Below, piece after piece: positions 1 through 10,031 of a DNA stretch of 64,000 nt. Location: IMG/VR virus record IMGVR_UViG_3300010371_000002, positions 29,961 to 93,960 of that record; one strand, 5' to 3'. This stretch comes from a virus. The notes below the pieces were generated by a model, which saw nothing but the letters and a program-made list of their open reading frames with translations, did not search any database and had not been told where the DNA came from. Position 1 is the first letter of the stretch. The number at the start of each line of letters is the position of its first letter. The translations under genes and the position numbers were made by a program.

Positions 1-1108
1 ATGCCCCTGCTGTCGCGGTCCCGGCAATCGAAACCGCCGTCACCGCTGAGTTCATCCGGTCGCCTCCCGTTGAAGGAGATAGGTTGATGATTGATCCTGC
101 CGTGGCGCTGCTGATGGTGGCTGTCCAGGTATGGGAAACGCCGTTTTGATTCAGCGCCGTCACGGTGACCACGCAGGTTCCATTGATGGTCGTGGTGATG
201 CTGCAGGCAGGGTTCAGGATCGGCGCGAATGCCTGGGGCATCGGCATGCCGCCAAGGTACCGATTGTTCCCGAACGTGTTCACCACCCAGTAAGATGGGT
301 TTGTTCCCGGCGTGACATTTGTCGAAGTCGCCACGGCGACGTAGTAGACACCATTGTAAAGAACGACAGGCGTAAGAACCCCGGATGAAACCGTGTATGT
401 GGTCAGGCTGCTCCAGGTTCCGGCATCGGTGGTTCCTTGTCCACCCGTATTGGTCGGAGCAGGAGCAGAATAGCCATTGGCGCTCGGCCAGTTCGTCGCG
501 GCGTTGTTACTGATCGTCCCGGCGTTGGTGCCCGTGATGGCGAAGTGACCTAAGATTATCCCGGCTGGGGCGAAAACAACACTTGGGTCGAGGTATTGGC
601 CCTGATTGTAGGCGTTCCAGTAGAGTGCCGCGAAGTTTGGGTTGTAGAGCACCTGAAAGGCCGAGCCGCCCGGGTTCGACGGGTTGTTGTAATACTGGGC
701 GTAGGTCGTCAGGTTCGTGATCGATGGGATGCCGTTCAGGGTCGCATAGGTCAGGATGGCCTTGCGTTCTCCCTCGAAGAAACTGAAGAGGCCGCTGAAG
801 ATTCCCACGCGGCTGTAGAGTCCGTTTCCGGCTCCGAAGCTGCCGCCGCCGACACCCGCGCCGCCGAAGGTCACATTGGCGGGTGCTCCGGCGGCCGTGA
901 TGGACCCGACGGACTTGGTAAGACCCTGCGCATACGGCAGATGAGCGCCGAACTGGCTCGGGTCCGTCAAGGCGAGCGCTGCTGAGAGATCCGAGAGCAC
1001 CATCTGGGAATGCAGGTTCGCGAGGTCCGTCGCAGTGAGGAGGTCTGTAAAGAGGCGCGACAGGTCGCCGTATGTCGTGATTATGCTCGCCGGGGTGATG
1101 AGTGTCAT
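1..1108 (-). CDS. Tail fibre/distal virion structural protein (partial, runs off left edge)
   Basis: Manually read open frame from ATG at 1108 (MTLITPASIITTYGDLSRLF...) to the window edge; rich in T/S/G/N with beta-strand pattern; last gene of the tail module. Confidence 0.6.
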   Translation of the reverse strand, partial: MTLITPASIITTYGDLSRLFTDLLTATDLANLHSQMVLSDLSAALALTDPSQFGAHLPYAQGLTKSVGSITAAGAPANVTFGGAGVGGGSFGAGNGLYSRVGIFSGLFSFFEGERKAILTYATLNGIPSITNLTTYAQYYNNPSNPGGSAFQVLYNPNFAALYWNAYNQGQYLDPSVVFAPAGIILGHFAITGTNAGTISNNAATNWPSANGYSAPAPTNTGGQGTTDAGTWSSLTTYTVSSGVLTPVVLYNGVYYVAVATSTNVTPGTNPSYWVVNTFGNNRYLGGMPMPQAFAPILNPACSITTTINGTCVVTVTALNQNGVSHTWTATISSATAGSIINLSPSTGGDRMNSAVTAVSIAGTATAGA

Positions 1109-1149
1109 GGTGTTCGCCCGCTGGTTGCCCAGCCCCTATCTGGCCGCGC

Positions 1150-3465
1150 CTACAGGTTGTAGAGCCAGCGTCCCCGCGTGGTCGATCCGAAGACCGACGG
1201 GTCCTTGAACGACCACCGGTTCGTGATGTCTTCGGCGCTGAGGAAGACGGTCCCGTTGAGGTCGCTGCCGGTATCGTTGATGGCGTAGCGGTCGAGTGCG
1301 AACAGTCCAGGGAGGTATGCGCCCTGGCACCACTCCCAGACGGCCGGGAGCGTCACCTTCTGAAGCGCGTACCAGGCATAGTAGGCCGTGAATACCGGAT
1401 CGATGAACCAGCTCGACACCTTCACGAGCGGATTGGCGAACCCCTCGACGTTCCCGGTGAACCCGGGCCAGATGTCGTCGGCGTTAAGCCACGTCCCCTG
1501 GATGCGTCCCGCGTTCGGGTCGGGGCCGAAGAATCCCACGCCCGTTCGGCGGTCTGCCGTCGAGATCATGATGCGGCGCTGCCGCCACATGGAGGTCACG
1601 AAGTCGATGTTATTGATGTCGCCGGATTCCGAGTAGTTGAAGTAGCCCCGGAAGGGCGTCACGTAAACCCCGGGGTTGTACGGCATGATCTGCGCGACTC
1701 CCCAGGGGTCATTGAACAGGATCGAGTGATCCATGTCGTTGAGTTCGATCAACGCATCCAGGAACTTGCTTTCGGGGTGAGGCGCGACCTTGGGCGCGGT
1801 CGCCACGCCAAGCGGCAGCTTGAATCCGTTGCAGTCCGGCGGGTTTGGACCGAAATCGAAGAGCTTGAAGTCATCCGAGATGAACGCATCGCTGCGGCCC
1901 CGCATGTTGAAGAGGAACCGCCGCCAAGCATTGATCCACCAACCGTCGCCATAGGTGAGTTGCCCGCAGGCTTTCGTTTCCTCCGGGAAGAAGTTGTCCG
2001 AGACGACGATATCGAATTCCCGGCGCGGATCGGCCTTCCAGATGCTCGCCTCGTTCCCCGCCCATCCGGTCATAAACTGCACCGGAGCGCTGTAGGGCTG
2101 CATGAGGCCGCCGCCGCCCGTATAGGTCAGCCACCGGGAGAACGAGCAGGCTCGATGGCTCCCGTCAAAGGCCGAGAAATTCCCGTTCGTGTTGTCGAAC
2201 TTGACCCCGAGCTGGGAGCGCACGAGGCCCGTTCGGTAGTCGTACCACTGATGCTCCTCGATCTCTCCGATGAAGCTGGAAAGATCGACCGGGGCGCTGA
2301 TGGTCGCATTGACGTAGTAGGTAGGAGGGATGCGCATCTGGATCGCCGGGATGACGGGCGAAATGGATACATATCCATCCACGGGGTCGGGACCGGCGAC
2401 CTCGATATAGTACTTGACCCGTATCCCGGTATTATCCATCGGGTAGATGCTGCCGACGAATCCCGCCCCGTCAGGGATCTGAGCCCCCGGCAGGTACACG
2501 CCGCCATTTCCCTGCCAGACGAACGGAAGATCGATCTCCTCGCTATAGAGTTGCCCGGTGGCCGAGAACTGCATGGGCAGATATTGAAACTGCGCCCATC
2601 CGTTCTGTCCAGTCATCCGAAGCGGCCCGGAGACGACGTTCAGGTTCTGCGTGTAGGCATACGTGAGACCGGTCCCGACCGCAACCCCGGAATTGTCGGG
2701 ACGAAAGATCAGGACCTCCTGGCCGTTGTTGATCGTCACCACCAGGGTGTTGGAGCTTGGAACCGGCAGCCATTCGATCTCCACCACGCGCCCGTTGTTC
2801 TCGAACATCTTCGAGCAATCGCGAATGCTCGTTCCCGCGATGCCGTTGAACCCGAACGGCCCCCAGTACCACGTATCGGTTCCGTCCGGGTTCGGAATGC
2901 CCTGCTGGAGAAATGGCGGCATCCCGTCGAGTAAGAAGAGGCTGAAGGGGCGCGCATCGCCAGCCTGCGACGGCGGTGTCTGATCCCCAACACTTAACGT
3001 CGTGAAGTAGTTCGTGCCGTTGACGCTGGAGCCGCTCGTGGGGGTCGTGGCGGGGCCGCGTCCGATCCGCGCGTAAAAACAGCTACTTGCGTCCAGAGAG
3101 CCGTTGGTTGCGACGTCGAACGTGTTGTTCCATGTCGCGTTCGACATCACGAGGGCCGTGACGCCGGACGTGTTGTCGAACTGCTCGTGCCAGTCCGAAG
3201 AACTCCCGGACGGAAAGTTCACGATGGCAAGCGTCGTCGGAACCTTTTGCTGAGAAGACTCCAGGATCAGCACGCCCGCCTCGGGGACGATGCGCAGACC
3301 CGCCATCTGGACACCAGGCCGCGTGGCGACGATGTTGTCCGATCCCACGAAAGCCCCGAAGAGGCCCGCAAGGTCGTGTCGCAGGTACGGCGCGGTCTTC
3401 TGCAGTCCGAACACCGAGACGGGCGTGTCCACCAGGAACTGAAAGTCGAGTCCGATGTCAGCCAT
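1150..3465 (-). CDS. Minor tail / tail-tip protein (771 aa)
   Basis: Immediately downstream of tape measure; aromatic, beta-rich composition; positional inference. Confidence 0.6.
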   Translation of the reverse strand: MADIGLDFQFLVDTPVSVFGLQKTAPYLRHDLAGLFGAFVGSDNIVATRPGVQMAGLRIVPEAGVLILESSQQKVPTTLAIVNFPSGSSSDWHEQFDNTSGVTALVMSNATWNNTFDVATNGSLDASSCFYARIGRGPATTPTSGSSVNGTNYFTTLSVGDQTPPSQAGDARPFSLFLLDGMPPFLQQGIPNPDGTDTWYWGPFGFNGIAGTSIRDCSKMFENNGRVVEIEWLPVPSSNTLVVTINNGQEVLIFRPDNSGVAVGTGLTYAYTQNLNVVSGPLRMTGQNGWAQFQYLPMQFSATGQLYSEEIDLPFVWQGNGGVYLPGAQIPDGAGFVGSIYPMDNTGIRVKYYIEVAGPDPVDGYVSISPVIPAIQMRIPPTYYVNATISAPVDLSSFIGEIEEHQWYDYRTGLVRSQLGVKFDNTNGNFSAFDGSHRACSFSRWLTYTGGGGLMQPYSAPVQFMTGWAGNEASIWKADPRREFDIVVSDNFFPEETKACGQLTYGDGWWINAWRRFLFNMRGRSDAFISDDFKLFDFGPNPPDCNGFKLPLGVATAPKVAPHPESKFLDALIELNDMDHSILFNDPWGVAQIMPYNPGVYVTPFRGYFNYSESGDINNIDFVTSMWRQRRIMISTADRRTGVGFFGPDPNAGRIQGTWLNADDIWPGFTGNVEGFANPLVKVSSWFIDPVFTAYYAWYALQKVTLPAVWEWCQGAYLPGLFALDRYAINDTGSDLNGTVFLSAEDITNRWSFKDPSVFGSTTRGRWLYNL

Positions 3466-3472
3466 GGTGTGA

Positions 3473-3504
3473 CAAAGCCCAGGAAGATCGCTTCCTGGGC
3501 TTTG
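3473..3504. terminator. Perfect 14-bp hairpin (possible terminator or processing site)
   Basis: CAAAGCCCAGGAAG-ATCG-CTTCCTGGGCTTTG between tape measure stop and next start. Confidence 0.55.
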
Positions 3505-3529
3505 CTTCCTTTCTCATTAGGGGGCCGTA

Positions 3530-6500
3530 CTACGGCGGCGCTCCGGGCATGAACCGCCCCATTCCGGCTGTCTGGTTCGTGACCGGGACCGTAACCGTCT
3601 TTTCCACGAAGCCGGACTTGAGCGCGCTCGCGTCGAGCTTGATCGTAATCGTCGCCGTCGATCCTGAGTCCTGGCTGGAAGATGCGCCTCCAGGGGCCAT
3701 CATGGGCGGCGGGGTGTGGCTGTGCGATGGCGCGGCGGGATGAACGGGCGCGTAGACGGGAACGCGCATTGGCGCCTGACCTGCAGCACTAGGTCCCAGC
3801 GGAGTTGCGTCGATCATAAACGCCGAATCGGGTACGTCCATCGAAGCGTGGTTGTGACCGCCAGTCGCGAGGAACGCCGAATCCGGGATATTGGCAGAGG
3901 CATGATTGCCGCCGCCATGGGCGAGGAAGTCGTCATCCGGCACATCCAGAGAGGCGTGATTGTGTCCCCCATGCGCAAGGAACGCGGAGTCCGGCACATG
4001 CGCGGAGGCATGGTTTCCGCCGCCATGGGCCACATAGGCCGTATCACGCCCCGGGACGATCGGATATGCCGACGGATGCAACCCGGCAACCGAAGAACTT
4101 GGACCAGGCATAATGCCCACAGGCGTGCCCGAACCGCCCCCCGGAACGGTGGCGAGCGCCTGTGCCGTCTTGTTGCCAGGCTGTGACCGTGCCGGGTCAC
4201 TGCCAGCAGTCCCGAGGCCGCCGAAGATGCTCTCGTAAGCGTCGAAGGTGCTGGACTTCGTGAATCCCAGGTTGCGCCCCCCTGCGATCTGAAGCATCTG
4301 CTGCACATTGGGGGCTGAATGCGCCGCCACGCCCTCCACTTCACCCGCAAGATCCGCGATGCTCGGCATGTAGGCTTCCTCGAAGCTTGTGCCGCCGACA
4401 GTAATGGCCGGAAGTTGGAACGCGAACCGGTTCGCCAAGTCATTCGCCGCATCGACCTGCTTGTTCATCAAGGCGTTGCGCTGGCTGTCGTATTGGTTCG
4501 TGAGGAACTCCGGGAGGGTACCTCCCATTGCCTTGCGTTGGGCATCTTCCTGAGAGTTCAGCCCGGAAAGCTCGCTGCCGATATCCTGGAAGTACGACCC
4601 GGCAACCGAATTCATATCCCCGGGCGTCATGAACGAGCGCCCCATCCGGTAGAGGGAGCCCTGGTCGTTGATAAGTCGGTTCGCGAGTTCGGGATCGGGG
4701 GTGTACTGAGCCTGGTTCTCCCAGCGCTGTATGTTCTGCAGGTCGATTCCCTCGGACTGCCTGCGGAAATCGGCGCGCTGCTGCTCGTTGTAATGCGCGG
4801 TATCCCCCGCCATCTCATCAAGGCGGCGCTTCTCCGCGACGGCATCCGCGACGGCCTGCTGCGTATCGAGGAGGGACGCGCCGGAACCGCCGGTGATTCG
4901 GGAGATCGTGCCGGTGATATCCGACTGGGCCGCGCCCGTCGCCGAGAGCGCCACCACGCCTTCGTCAAGGTTCGTCTGGCTCTCATGCCGAAGCCCCAGG
5001 ATCTGCCCCCGGACGGCATTGCGCTGGGCTTCGAGTTGTTGCTGCTGATCGACGTCCTTCGTGTCCCGGATGGCGCGCGTCAGATCATCGAACTCGCTCG
5101 TGAGCTTCCGCACCGCATCCTGAGCCGCGTCGAAGATCTCCGTCGGGCTCCCGGTGTATCCCGCCTTCTGGTAGTCGAGCGTTGCCCCTTGTACACCGAT
5201 CTGTTCCCCGCGGATGTTCTGCTCGACACCCGCGAACCGCCATGCGTTCTGTTCCTGCGCGATCTGCGCCAGTTCCGCATTCGCCCCCGCCTCCATCTGC
5301 TTCCGCTCAGGAGGCGTCAGGAGGGAATCGGGGGAACGGGCTGTGTTGATTTCGAACTGCGCGGACTCTCGCCGGGTGCCAAGAATCTCATTCTCCGCGC
5401 CTTGCAGGTCGCTGATGCGGCCACCGGACATGAGCCTGCGGGTCAGCTCTAATTGTCCCGCCGAACTCGATACTCCGTATTCACCGATGGTCGTTGCGGT
5501 CTCGGTGGCGAAGAGCGACTTCTCACTCCCCGCCACATTGAGATCGATCTGGCCGATCTGCTGCTGGACTTCGCCAAGCTTTTGGAGCGCGTAGTTCCGG
5601 TCCGTGTCGTTGCGCGCACTATCGACTTGCTTTTGCAAGATAGCGGCCCGGTCGTTCAGGTATCCACGCTCCTCACCGGCATCGCTCGCGTATTGTCCGG
5701 TGGCGGATTCGATGGCCCCAAGGCTGCTCCCATTCAATCCTGTGAGCGTCAGCGCATTGCGGGAAACATCGGCCTGCGTGCCGGATTGAAGGATCTCTCC
5801 ACGCAACTTCGCCATGGTGTTGGCGATATCGTTGGACTGCGCAGCCATCGGATCGGCGGGAAGATCTCCCTCCATGCCACGCGACTCAATCGCGCCCGGG
5901 ATGAAGTTCGCCAGAAAGTTCGCGCCCGGGGCAAACGCGCCCAGCCAATTACTGGACGGGTTTTCGCCAGCGCGCATCCGCTGATGTGCGGACTGATAGT
6001 CGGGGTTATCTTTGAGCTGGGACTGCTGGGCGGCGTGCTGGAGCGTGTGGAGTGTGCCGAAGTCGGCATCGTCGGCCGCCGCCATTTCCAGCGAACCGAT
6101 GTCCTGCGAATTGATATCACCACTGGCGAGTCGCTGCCCGTACTGATACAGCATCGGATTGCGCTGGATGACATCCGCGATCGCGCCATAGTTCTGCTGC
6201 GAGAATTCTCCAAAGGAATTCGTCAGAGCCGTAAGGCCGGGGACGGTGTTCGGGCCGAAGCTGCCGACACTGCCTGCAGTTCCGAGCGCTTCGGAGAACT
6301 CCTTGGTGGCGACTCCGCTTGCCTGGATCTGCTCGGAGAATTCCTTGGCTTTTGAGGCGGCTTCCCCGAGAGACGCCGCGAGTTCCTGCCCGGATTCGCG
6401 GGAGTATTGGGACCGCTCGAGAGCCGCGCCCCCCACCCCCTCGACAACCGATCCGACACCGGTGCCAGCCAAACCGCCCGCGACCGTGCCGATCCCAGGA

Positions 6501-7321
6501 ACAACCGATCCGAGAACCGCGCCTGCAATCCCAAAGGCACCAGGAAGAGCCCCTAAAGCACTTCGATCAGCCTCTTCCGGCGTCCGGTACTCGCCTCCGT
6601 TATTGTAGGCGATGGCCGAGCCCACCTCCTGCCCAAACTGCATTGCGGCAAAGCCTGCCGTGGTGCGAAACGCCTTGTTCCCCCACGCGCTCTTCAGCCG
6701 GTCTTGCCATGACTGCTCGACATCGACATTGAAGGTCGTATCGATAACATCGTCATCGTTGACAAGTTGCGCTTCCTGGATGTCGGGGACCGGCTGCCGC
6801 TCTTTCCAGTCGCGGTATTGCCGCTGCCAGTGCTCGCCGCGCATCCCGGGACGCCAACCAGATCGCTCTGGGTAGTTGCCGTCGTCCGGCCCCCAGTCAC
6901 TTCCGCCCGATCCTCCCCCGAACCCTCCGTTGCCGGAGCCGCCGCCTCCGAAAGCCCCTCCTCCCCCGAATCCCGCACCGGGCATTTCGTCCAGGTTGAC
7001 GGGAACGAGGTCTGTGACGCTTTCGGCCTGCCATGCCTGCTGGGAACGCGCCCAGGCCGCTTGCTCGGACGCGATGCGCTCTTGCAGCGCCCCCGTGAAG
7101 GCATCCGCGCCTTTGGCCGTGCGGAGTTCTCCCATGCGACCGGCCTTGACCCACTCTTGAAGCAGGCTTTGCTCGACGGCCGCACTGTCGAAGGCGGGGA
7201 ATTCCCCTGTCGCCGTGGCAGCGGATGTCGCCTCGGCCATCCGGGCTTCCAGAGCCGACCGGGCCGCCGTGGCATCGATCGTGACACTCGTGCCGAGCAG
7301 AGATTCGTCATTAATCGCCAT
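3530..7321 (-). CDS. Tail tape measure protein (1263 aa)
   Basis: Long Ala/Gln/Gly-rich helical protein with a GxxxG hydrophobic stretch (GAVLGSVVPGIGTVAGGLAG); downstream of frameshifted tail chaperone. Confidence 0.8.
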   Translation of the reverse strand: MAINDESLLGTSVTIDATAARSALEARMAEATSAATATGEFPAFDSAAVEQSLLQEWVKAGRMGELRTAKGADAFTGALQERIASEQAAWARSQQAWQAESVTDLVPVNLDEMPGAGFGGGGAFGGGGSGNGGFGGGSGGSDWGPDDGNYPERSGWRPGMRGEHWQRQYRDWKERQPVPDIQEAQLVNDDDVIDTTFNVDVEQSWQDRLKSAWGNKAFRTTAGFAAMQFGQEVGSAIAYNNGGEYRTPEEADRSALGALPGAFGIAGAVLGSVVPGIGTVAGGLAGTGVGSVVEGVGGAALERSQYSRESGQELAASLGEAASKAKEFSEQIQASGVATKEFSEALGTAGSVGSFGPNTVPGLTALTNSFGEFSQQNYGAIADVIQRNPMLYQYGQRLASGDINSQDIGSLEMAAADDADFGTLHTLQHAAQQSQLKDNPDYQSAHQRMRAGENPSSNWLGAFAPGANFLANFIPGAIESRGMEGDLPADPMAAQSNDIANTMAKLRGEILQSGTQADVSRNALTLTGLNGSSLGAIESATGQYASDAGEERGYLNDRAAILQKQVDSARNDTDRNYALQKLGEVQQQIGQIDLNVAGSEKSLFATETATTIGEYGVSSSAGQLELTRRLMSGGRISDLQGAENEILGTRRESAQFEINTARSPDSLLTPPERKQMEAGANAELAQIAQEQNAWRFAGVEQNIRGEQIGVQGATLDYQKAGYTGSPTEIFDAAQDAVRKLTSEFDDLTRAIRDTKDVDQQQQLEAQRNAVRGQILGLRHESQTNLDEGVVALSATGAAQSDITGTISRITGGSGASLLDTQQAVADAVAEKRRLDEMAGDTAHYNEQQRADFRRQSEGIDLQNIQRWENQAQYTPDPELANRLINDQGSLYRMGRSFMTPGDMNSVAGSYFQDIGSELSGLNSQEDAQRKAMGGTLPEFLTNQYDSQRNALMNKQVDAANDLANRFAFQLPAITVGGTSFEEAYMPSIADLAGEVEGVAAHSAPNVQQMLQIAGGRNLGFTKSSTFDAYESIFGGLGTAGSDPARSQPGNKTAQALATVPGGGSGTPVGIMPGPSSSVAGLHPSAYPIVPGRDTAYVAHGGGNHASAHVPDSAFLAHGGHNHASLDVPDDDFLAHGGGNHASANIPDSAFLATGGHNHASMDVPDSAFMIDATPLGPSAAGQAPMRVPVYAPVHPAAPSHSHTPPPMMAPGGASSSQDSGSTATITIKLDASALKSGFVEKTVTVPVTNQTAGMGRFMPGAPP
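3821..4036 (-). repeat. 4 x 54-bp (18-aa) His-rich tandem repeat inside tape measure
   Basis: YVAHGGGNHASAHVPDSA / FLAHGGHNHASLDVPDDD / FLAHGGGNHASANIPDSA / FLATGGHNHASMDVPDSA. Confidence 0.9.
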
Positions 7322-7365
7322 GGGGTTCTCTCTGCGGAAACGCTAACCGGGAAGTGCGCAAGTTT

Positions 7366-7374
7366 TGGTACAAT
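7366..7374 (+). promoter_or_regulatory. Extended -10 promoter for a leaderless gene
   Basis: TGgTACAAT, then 6 nt, then ATG at 7381. Confidence 0.6.
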
Positions 7375-7380
7375 AGCGGT

Positions 7381-7923
7381 ATGGAAGGCCACTCGGCGGG
7401 GATACATCCGTGCATGGGCTGCGGCGGCAATACGCCGGATCACGCCCGCTACTGCCAGCACTGCGGAAAACAGCAGTCATCAGGAGCCCCGTCGAACTGC
7501 CGTGCGTGCGGGAGTATTTTGATTGACGGGGGGCCATGCCTTCGATGCCAGGCCGCACAGGGAAAGGCACAAGTTGGCGATTGTCCACGATGCGGGGCTA
7601 ACATCACCCCTGGGATGCCGTTTTGCAGCCGGTGTGGCGCTCGCACGGCCAGCCAGCCAAATCCCCCGAAAGGCCATCGCGTCAAGCAGGTGAAGTACTT
7701 CACCTGCTCCCGGTGCGGAGTGAGGCCCGCTGAAGGGGCGCGTTATTGCCCTGGTTGCGGCGGTCGTTTCCGCGTCCCAATTGGCCCTGCCATCACGGAA
7801 TATGTGCCGAAGGGTTCAAAGAGCGACGAGCCGTTCCCGATCATGCTGGTAGTGTCCCTGCTGATCGTCATCCCCACATGCCTGGTGCTCGCCGTCACGT
7901 TCGTCATGGCAATGAGCCACTGA
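7381..7923 (+). CDS. Multi zinc-ribbon (DZR-like) protein with C-terminal membrane anchor; moron
   Basis: Eight CxxC pairs; C-terminal hydrophobic helix IMLVVSLLIVIPTCLVLAVTFVM; opposite strand to tail operon with own promoter. Confidence 0.75.
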   Translation: MEGHSAGIHPCMGCGGNTPDHARYCQHCGKQQSSGAPSNCRACGSILIDGGPCLRCQAAQGKAQVGDCPRCGANITPGMPFCSRCGARTASQPNPPKGHRVKQVKYFTCSRCGVRPAEGARYCPGCGGRFRVPIGPAITEYVPKGSKSDEPFPIMLVVSLLIVIPTCLVLAVTFVMAMSH

Positions 7924-8292
7924 AATCACAGCACTGCTTTCCGAGACATCTTGCCCTGTCAGGCGATACGCTTCCTCAATGCTGCGGAACCCGTCGAGTC
8001 CGAGCGGATCGTAACGGCCCCCGACCGCCTCATCGTAGACAGCGCGCCGGATCTCCACCTTGCCGGTGCGGCGCACGACGTTATGGTCCCCGAACTCATT
8101 GGTCACAAAGGCGACCGGGACAAAGGCGCATTTCCCAGGGATCGGTTTCTCATGCGGGAGTGCTTTCAAATCGTGGCAATACGCGACTCCGAGTTCATCG
8201 TCCGCCAGAAAGCAATTCTCCAATGGTTCGCCGTCCAGAAAGATGGACACGAGAAATTGTCTATGGTTCGACCATTGCCAATGCCAGATCAT
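7816..8292 (-). CDS. Hypothetical protein
   Basis: In-operon ORF after tail chaperone; 3' end overlaps the convergent moron. Confidence 0.5.
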   Translation of the reverse strand: MIWHWQWSNHRQFLVSIFLDGEPLENCFLADDELGVAYCHDLKALPHEKPIPGKCAFVPVAFVTNEFGDHNVVRRTGKVEIRRAVYDEAVGGRYDPLGLDGFRSIEEAYRLTGQDVSESSAVISVAHCHDERDGEHQACGDDDQQGHYQHDRERLVAL

Positions 8293-8301
8293 GACAGAGC
8301 C

Positions 8302-9035
8302 TCATATGCTGGGGGTTGCCGGACGCGATAGAATTGAAATCAACGTGGACATCTGCCGAATCAAGGCTTCGAGGTATTTGGTGCGGCTGGAACCTAGCGA
8401 CTGGCAGAGGGCGAGGAACTTGCCGCCCTCCACGGGGTCCATGTCCTGGAGATCGCCTGCCCAGACGCCCATCTGATCCGCGACCCAGTACAGCATTTCG
8501 CCGCGGGAGCTTGCGGCGGGAAGCGGCGCGAGGTAGGAATGGATGCCCTCCAGGTCCGCTTCCGTCTTGATAAACGCATCGACCCAGGAGCCCGCCGCTA
8601 GGGCGTCGGGTCGTCCGCCGCAGGCTTCACTTTTAAACTCTGGATGTCCCCCGCCGAAACGCGCGTGGTCGGGTCCGTCCGCGTCACGAACGCAGTCAGA
8701 ATCTCCATCGGTATTTCATAGACTTTCTCTTTGGTGATCTCGCCAGTGATGGACAATTCCGGCCCAGCGACCGAGATAAGATGCACCTTTGCGTAGGACG
8801 CCTCGTAGGCTATCGCGGCGGTAGCCGGATTGACATAGTTGCCCTGCGGGTTGCGCCTCGCGCCGAATTCCTCGACGCCGCTCTGTGCGTCAATGATCGT
8901 GCCTGTATTCGGGCGCTTGTACTCGATTACCCAGGCCGTGATGACTGCGGGGTCGTAGTCCTTGAGATCGGCGGAAGGCGTGAAGGTCACCCACCGGGAG
9001 GGGCTGACCTGAGCCGCCTGTATCGTGATTTGCAT
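8302..9035 (-). CDS. Tail assembly chaperone, -1 frameshifted long form (gpGT-like)
   Basis: A -1 shift at T TTA AAA joins 8598..9035 in frame to ...SEACGGRPDALAAGSWVDAFIK...MLYWVADQM (ORF 8302..8496). Confidence 0.75.
8598..9035 (-). CDS. Tail assembly chaperone (gpG-like)
   Basis: Between tail tube and tape measure; slippery heptamer near 3' end. Confidence 0.75.
   Translation of the reverse strand: MQITIQAAQVSPSRWVTFTPSADLKDYDPAVITAWVIEYKRPNTGTIIDAQSGVEEFGARRNPQGNYVNPATAAIAYEASYAKVHLISVAGPELSITGEITKEKVYEIPMEILTAFVTRTDPTTRVSAGDIQSLKVKPAADDPTP
8631..8637 (-). other. Programmed -1 ribosomal frameshift site (T TTA AAA)
   Basis: X XXY YYZ heptamer in correct phase (AGT TTA AAA GTG). Confidence 0.75.
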
Positions 9036-9086
9036 GGAACCTCCGGGGAGAAGTGACCATCTCCCCTAGATAGATTTTCGGGAAGC

Positions 9087-10031
9087 TTAGGAATAGCTGG
9101 TGTTGATCGGCCAGCTTGACGCCGAGTTCACGCTGTTCGTGCCAAAGACCGTGTATGCCCCGACGTTCGGCGCATAGTCGTTCGGGGACACCGACGTCGA
9201 GTCCGCATCGTACGAGACCGTCAGGTCCACCAGGAGCGTGTGGGAACCATCCCCGGTCGGGATCTGGATCTCAATGGGGTAGACGCCGGCAGCCAGCGGG
9301 ATCGCCTGCGTCGCGCCGAGCAACTGTGTCATCACATAAGAGCCGATCAAAGGCCCTGGAACATAGCCGTTCGAAATCCTCGCGGTGCGGCTTTTCGCGG
9401 ATGGCTGCGCCGAGAGCCGGTTGTTCAGCGTGAGCCGGAAGGCCCGGATGCTGTCGTAGGTCGTCGGACTCGATGACGCCCCGTTTCCGAACCCGCACTG
9501 GATGAAATGTGGGACACCTGCCCCGATCGTGCCTGCCGCTGCCGGGATGCTGAGATCGGACGCCGCAAGGCTGTTCAGCGGGTCCGCGATGGCTCCGCTC
9601 AGCGTGTAGCCGATCTTGCCGGGAACGCCGCCCTGCGAGTATTGCCCATAGAGATCCAACGTATTCCACCAGAGTCCGGTGAACGTTCGCGCGGTGCCGC
9701 CTGAGTACGGGATCAGGGAGCCGACCCACGGGGTCAGGCCACCGTTCACGCGCGCTCCGAAGGCCGTGTTGATGAGGGCTCCGATGGAGCGGTCCGGCTG
9801 CAGGTTCCCCATCACCTGAATCGCGCCCGTGCGCACGCCGGGAATGGTGATGTGGGTCAGGCCGGAATTGTCCACCGCATCGGCATAGCCACGGTTGTCG
9901 GACAGGCTGAGCCGCACGATATCGTTTGCGAAGCAGTAGGAGACCGGGGAGCCGGACGCCGGATCGGTCGCGCACACGAACGCGCCATCGAATCCCTTGC
10001 GCGCGCCGCCTGGGACGAAGATTTGAGACAT
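9087..10031 (-). CDS. Major tail (tube) protein
   Basis: Likely start MSQIFVPGG at 10031; ~314 aa, beta-rich, with a tube-like FRLTLNNRL segment; upstream of chaperone. Confidence 0.7.
   Translation of the reverse strand: MSQIFVPGGARKGFDGAFVCATDPASGSPVSYCFANDIVRLSLSDNRGYADAVDNSGLTHITIPGVRTGAIQVMGNLQPDRSIGALINTAFGARVNGGLTPWVGSLIPYSGGTARTFTGLWWNTLDLYGQYSQGGVPGKIGYTLSGAIADPLNSLAASDLSIPAAAGTIGAGVPHFIQCGFGNGASSSPTTYDSIRAFRLTLNNRLSAQPSAKSRTARISNGYVPGPLIGSYVMTQLLGATQAIPLAAGVYPIEIQIPTGDGSHTLLVDLTVSYDADSTSVSPNDYAPNVGAYTVFGTNSVNSASSWPINTSYS

Noticed and set aside
1102-2934. 610-aa + strand ORF
   Set aside because: Antisense shadow of the tail gene in GC-rich DNA; Arg/Val/Pro-rich with no motifs.
3821-4036. 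CRISPR-like array
   Set aside because: Units are contiguous, in-frame coding repeats without unique spacers.
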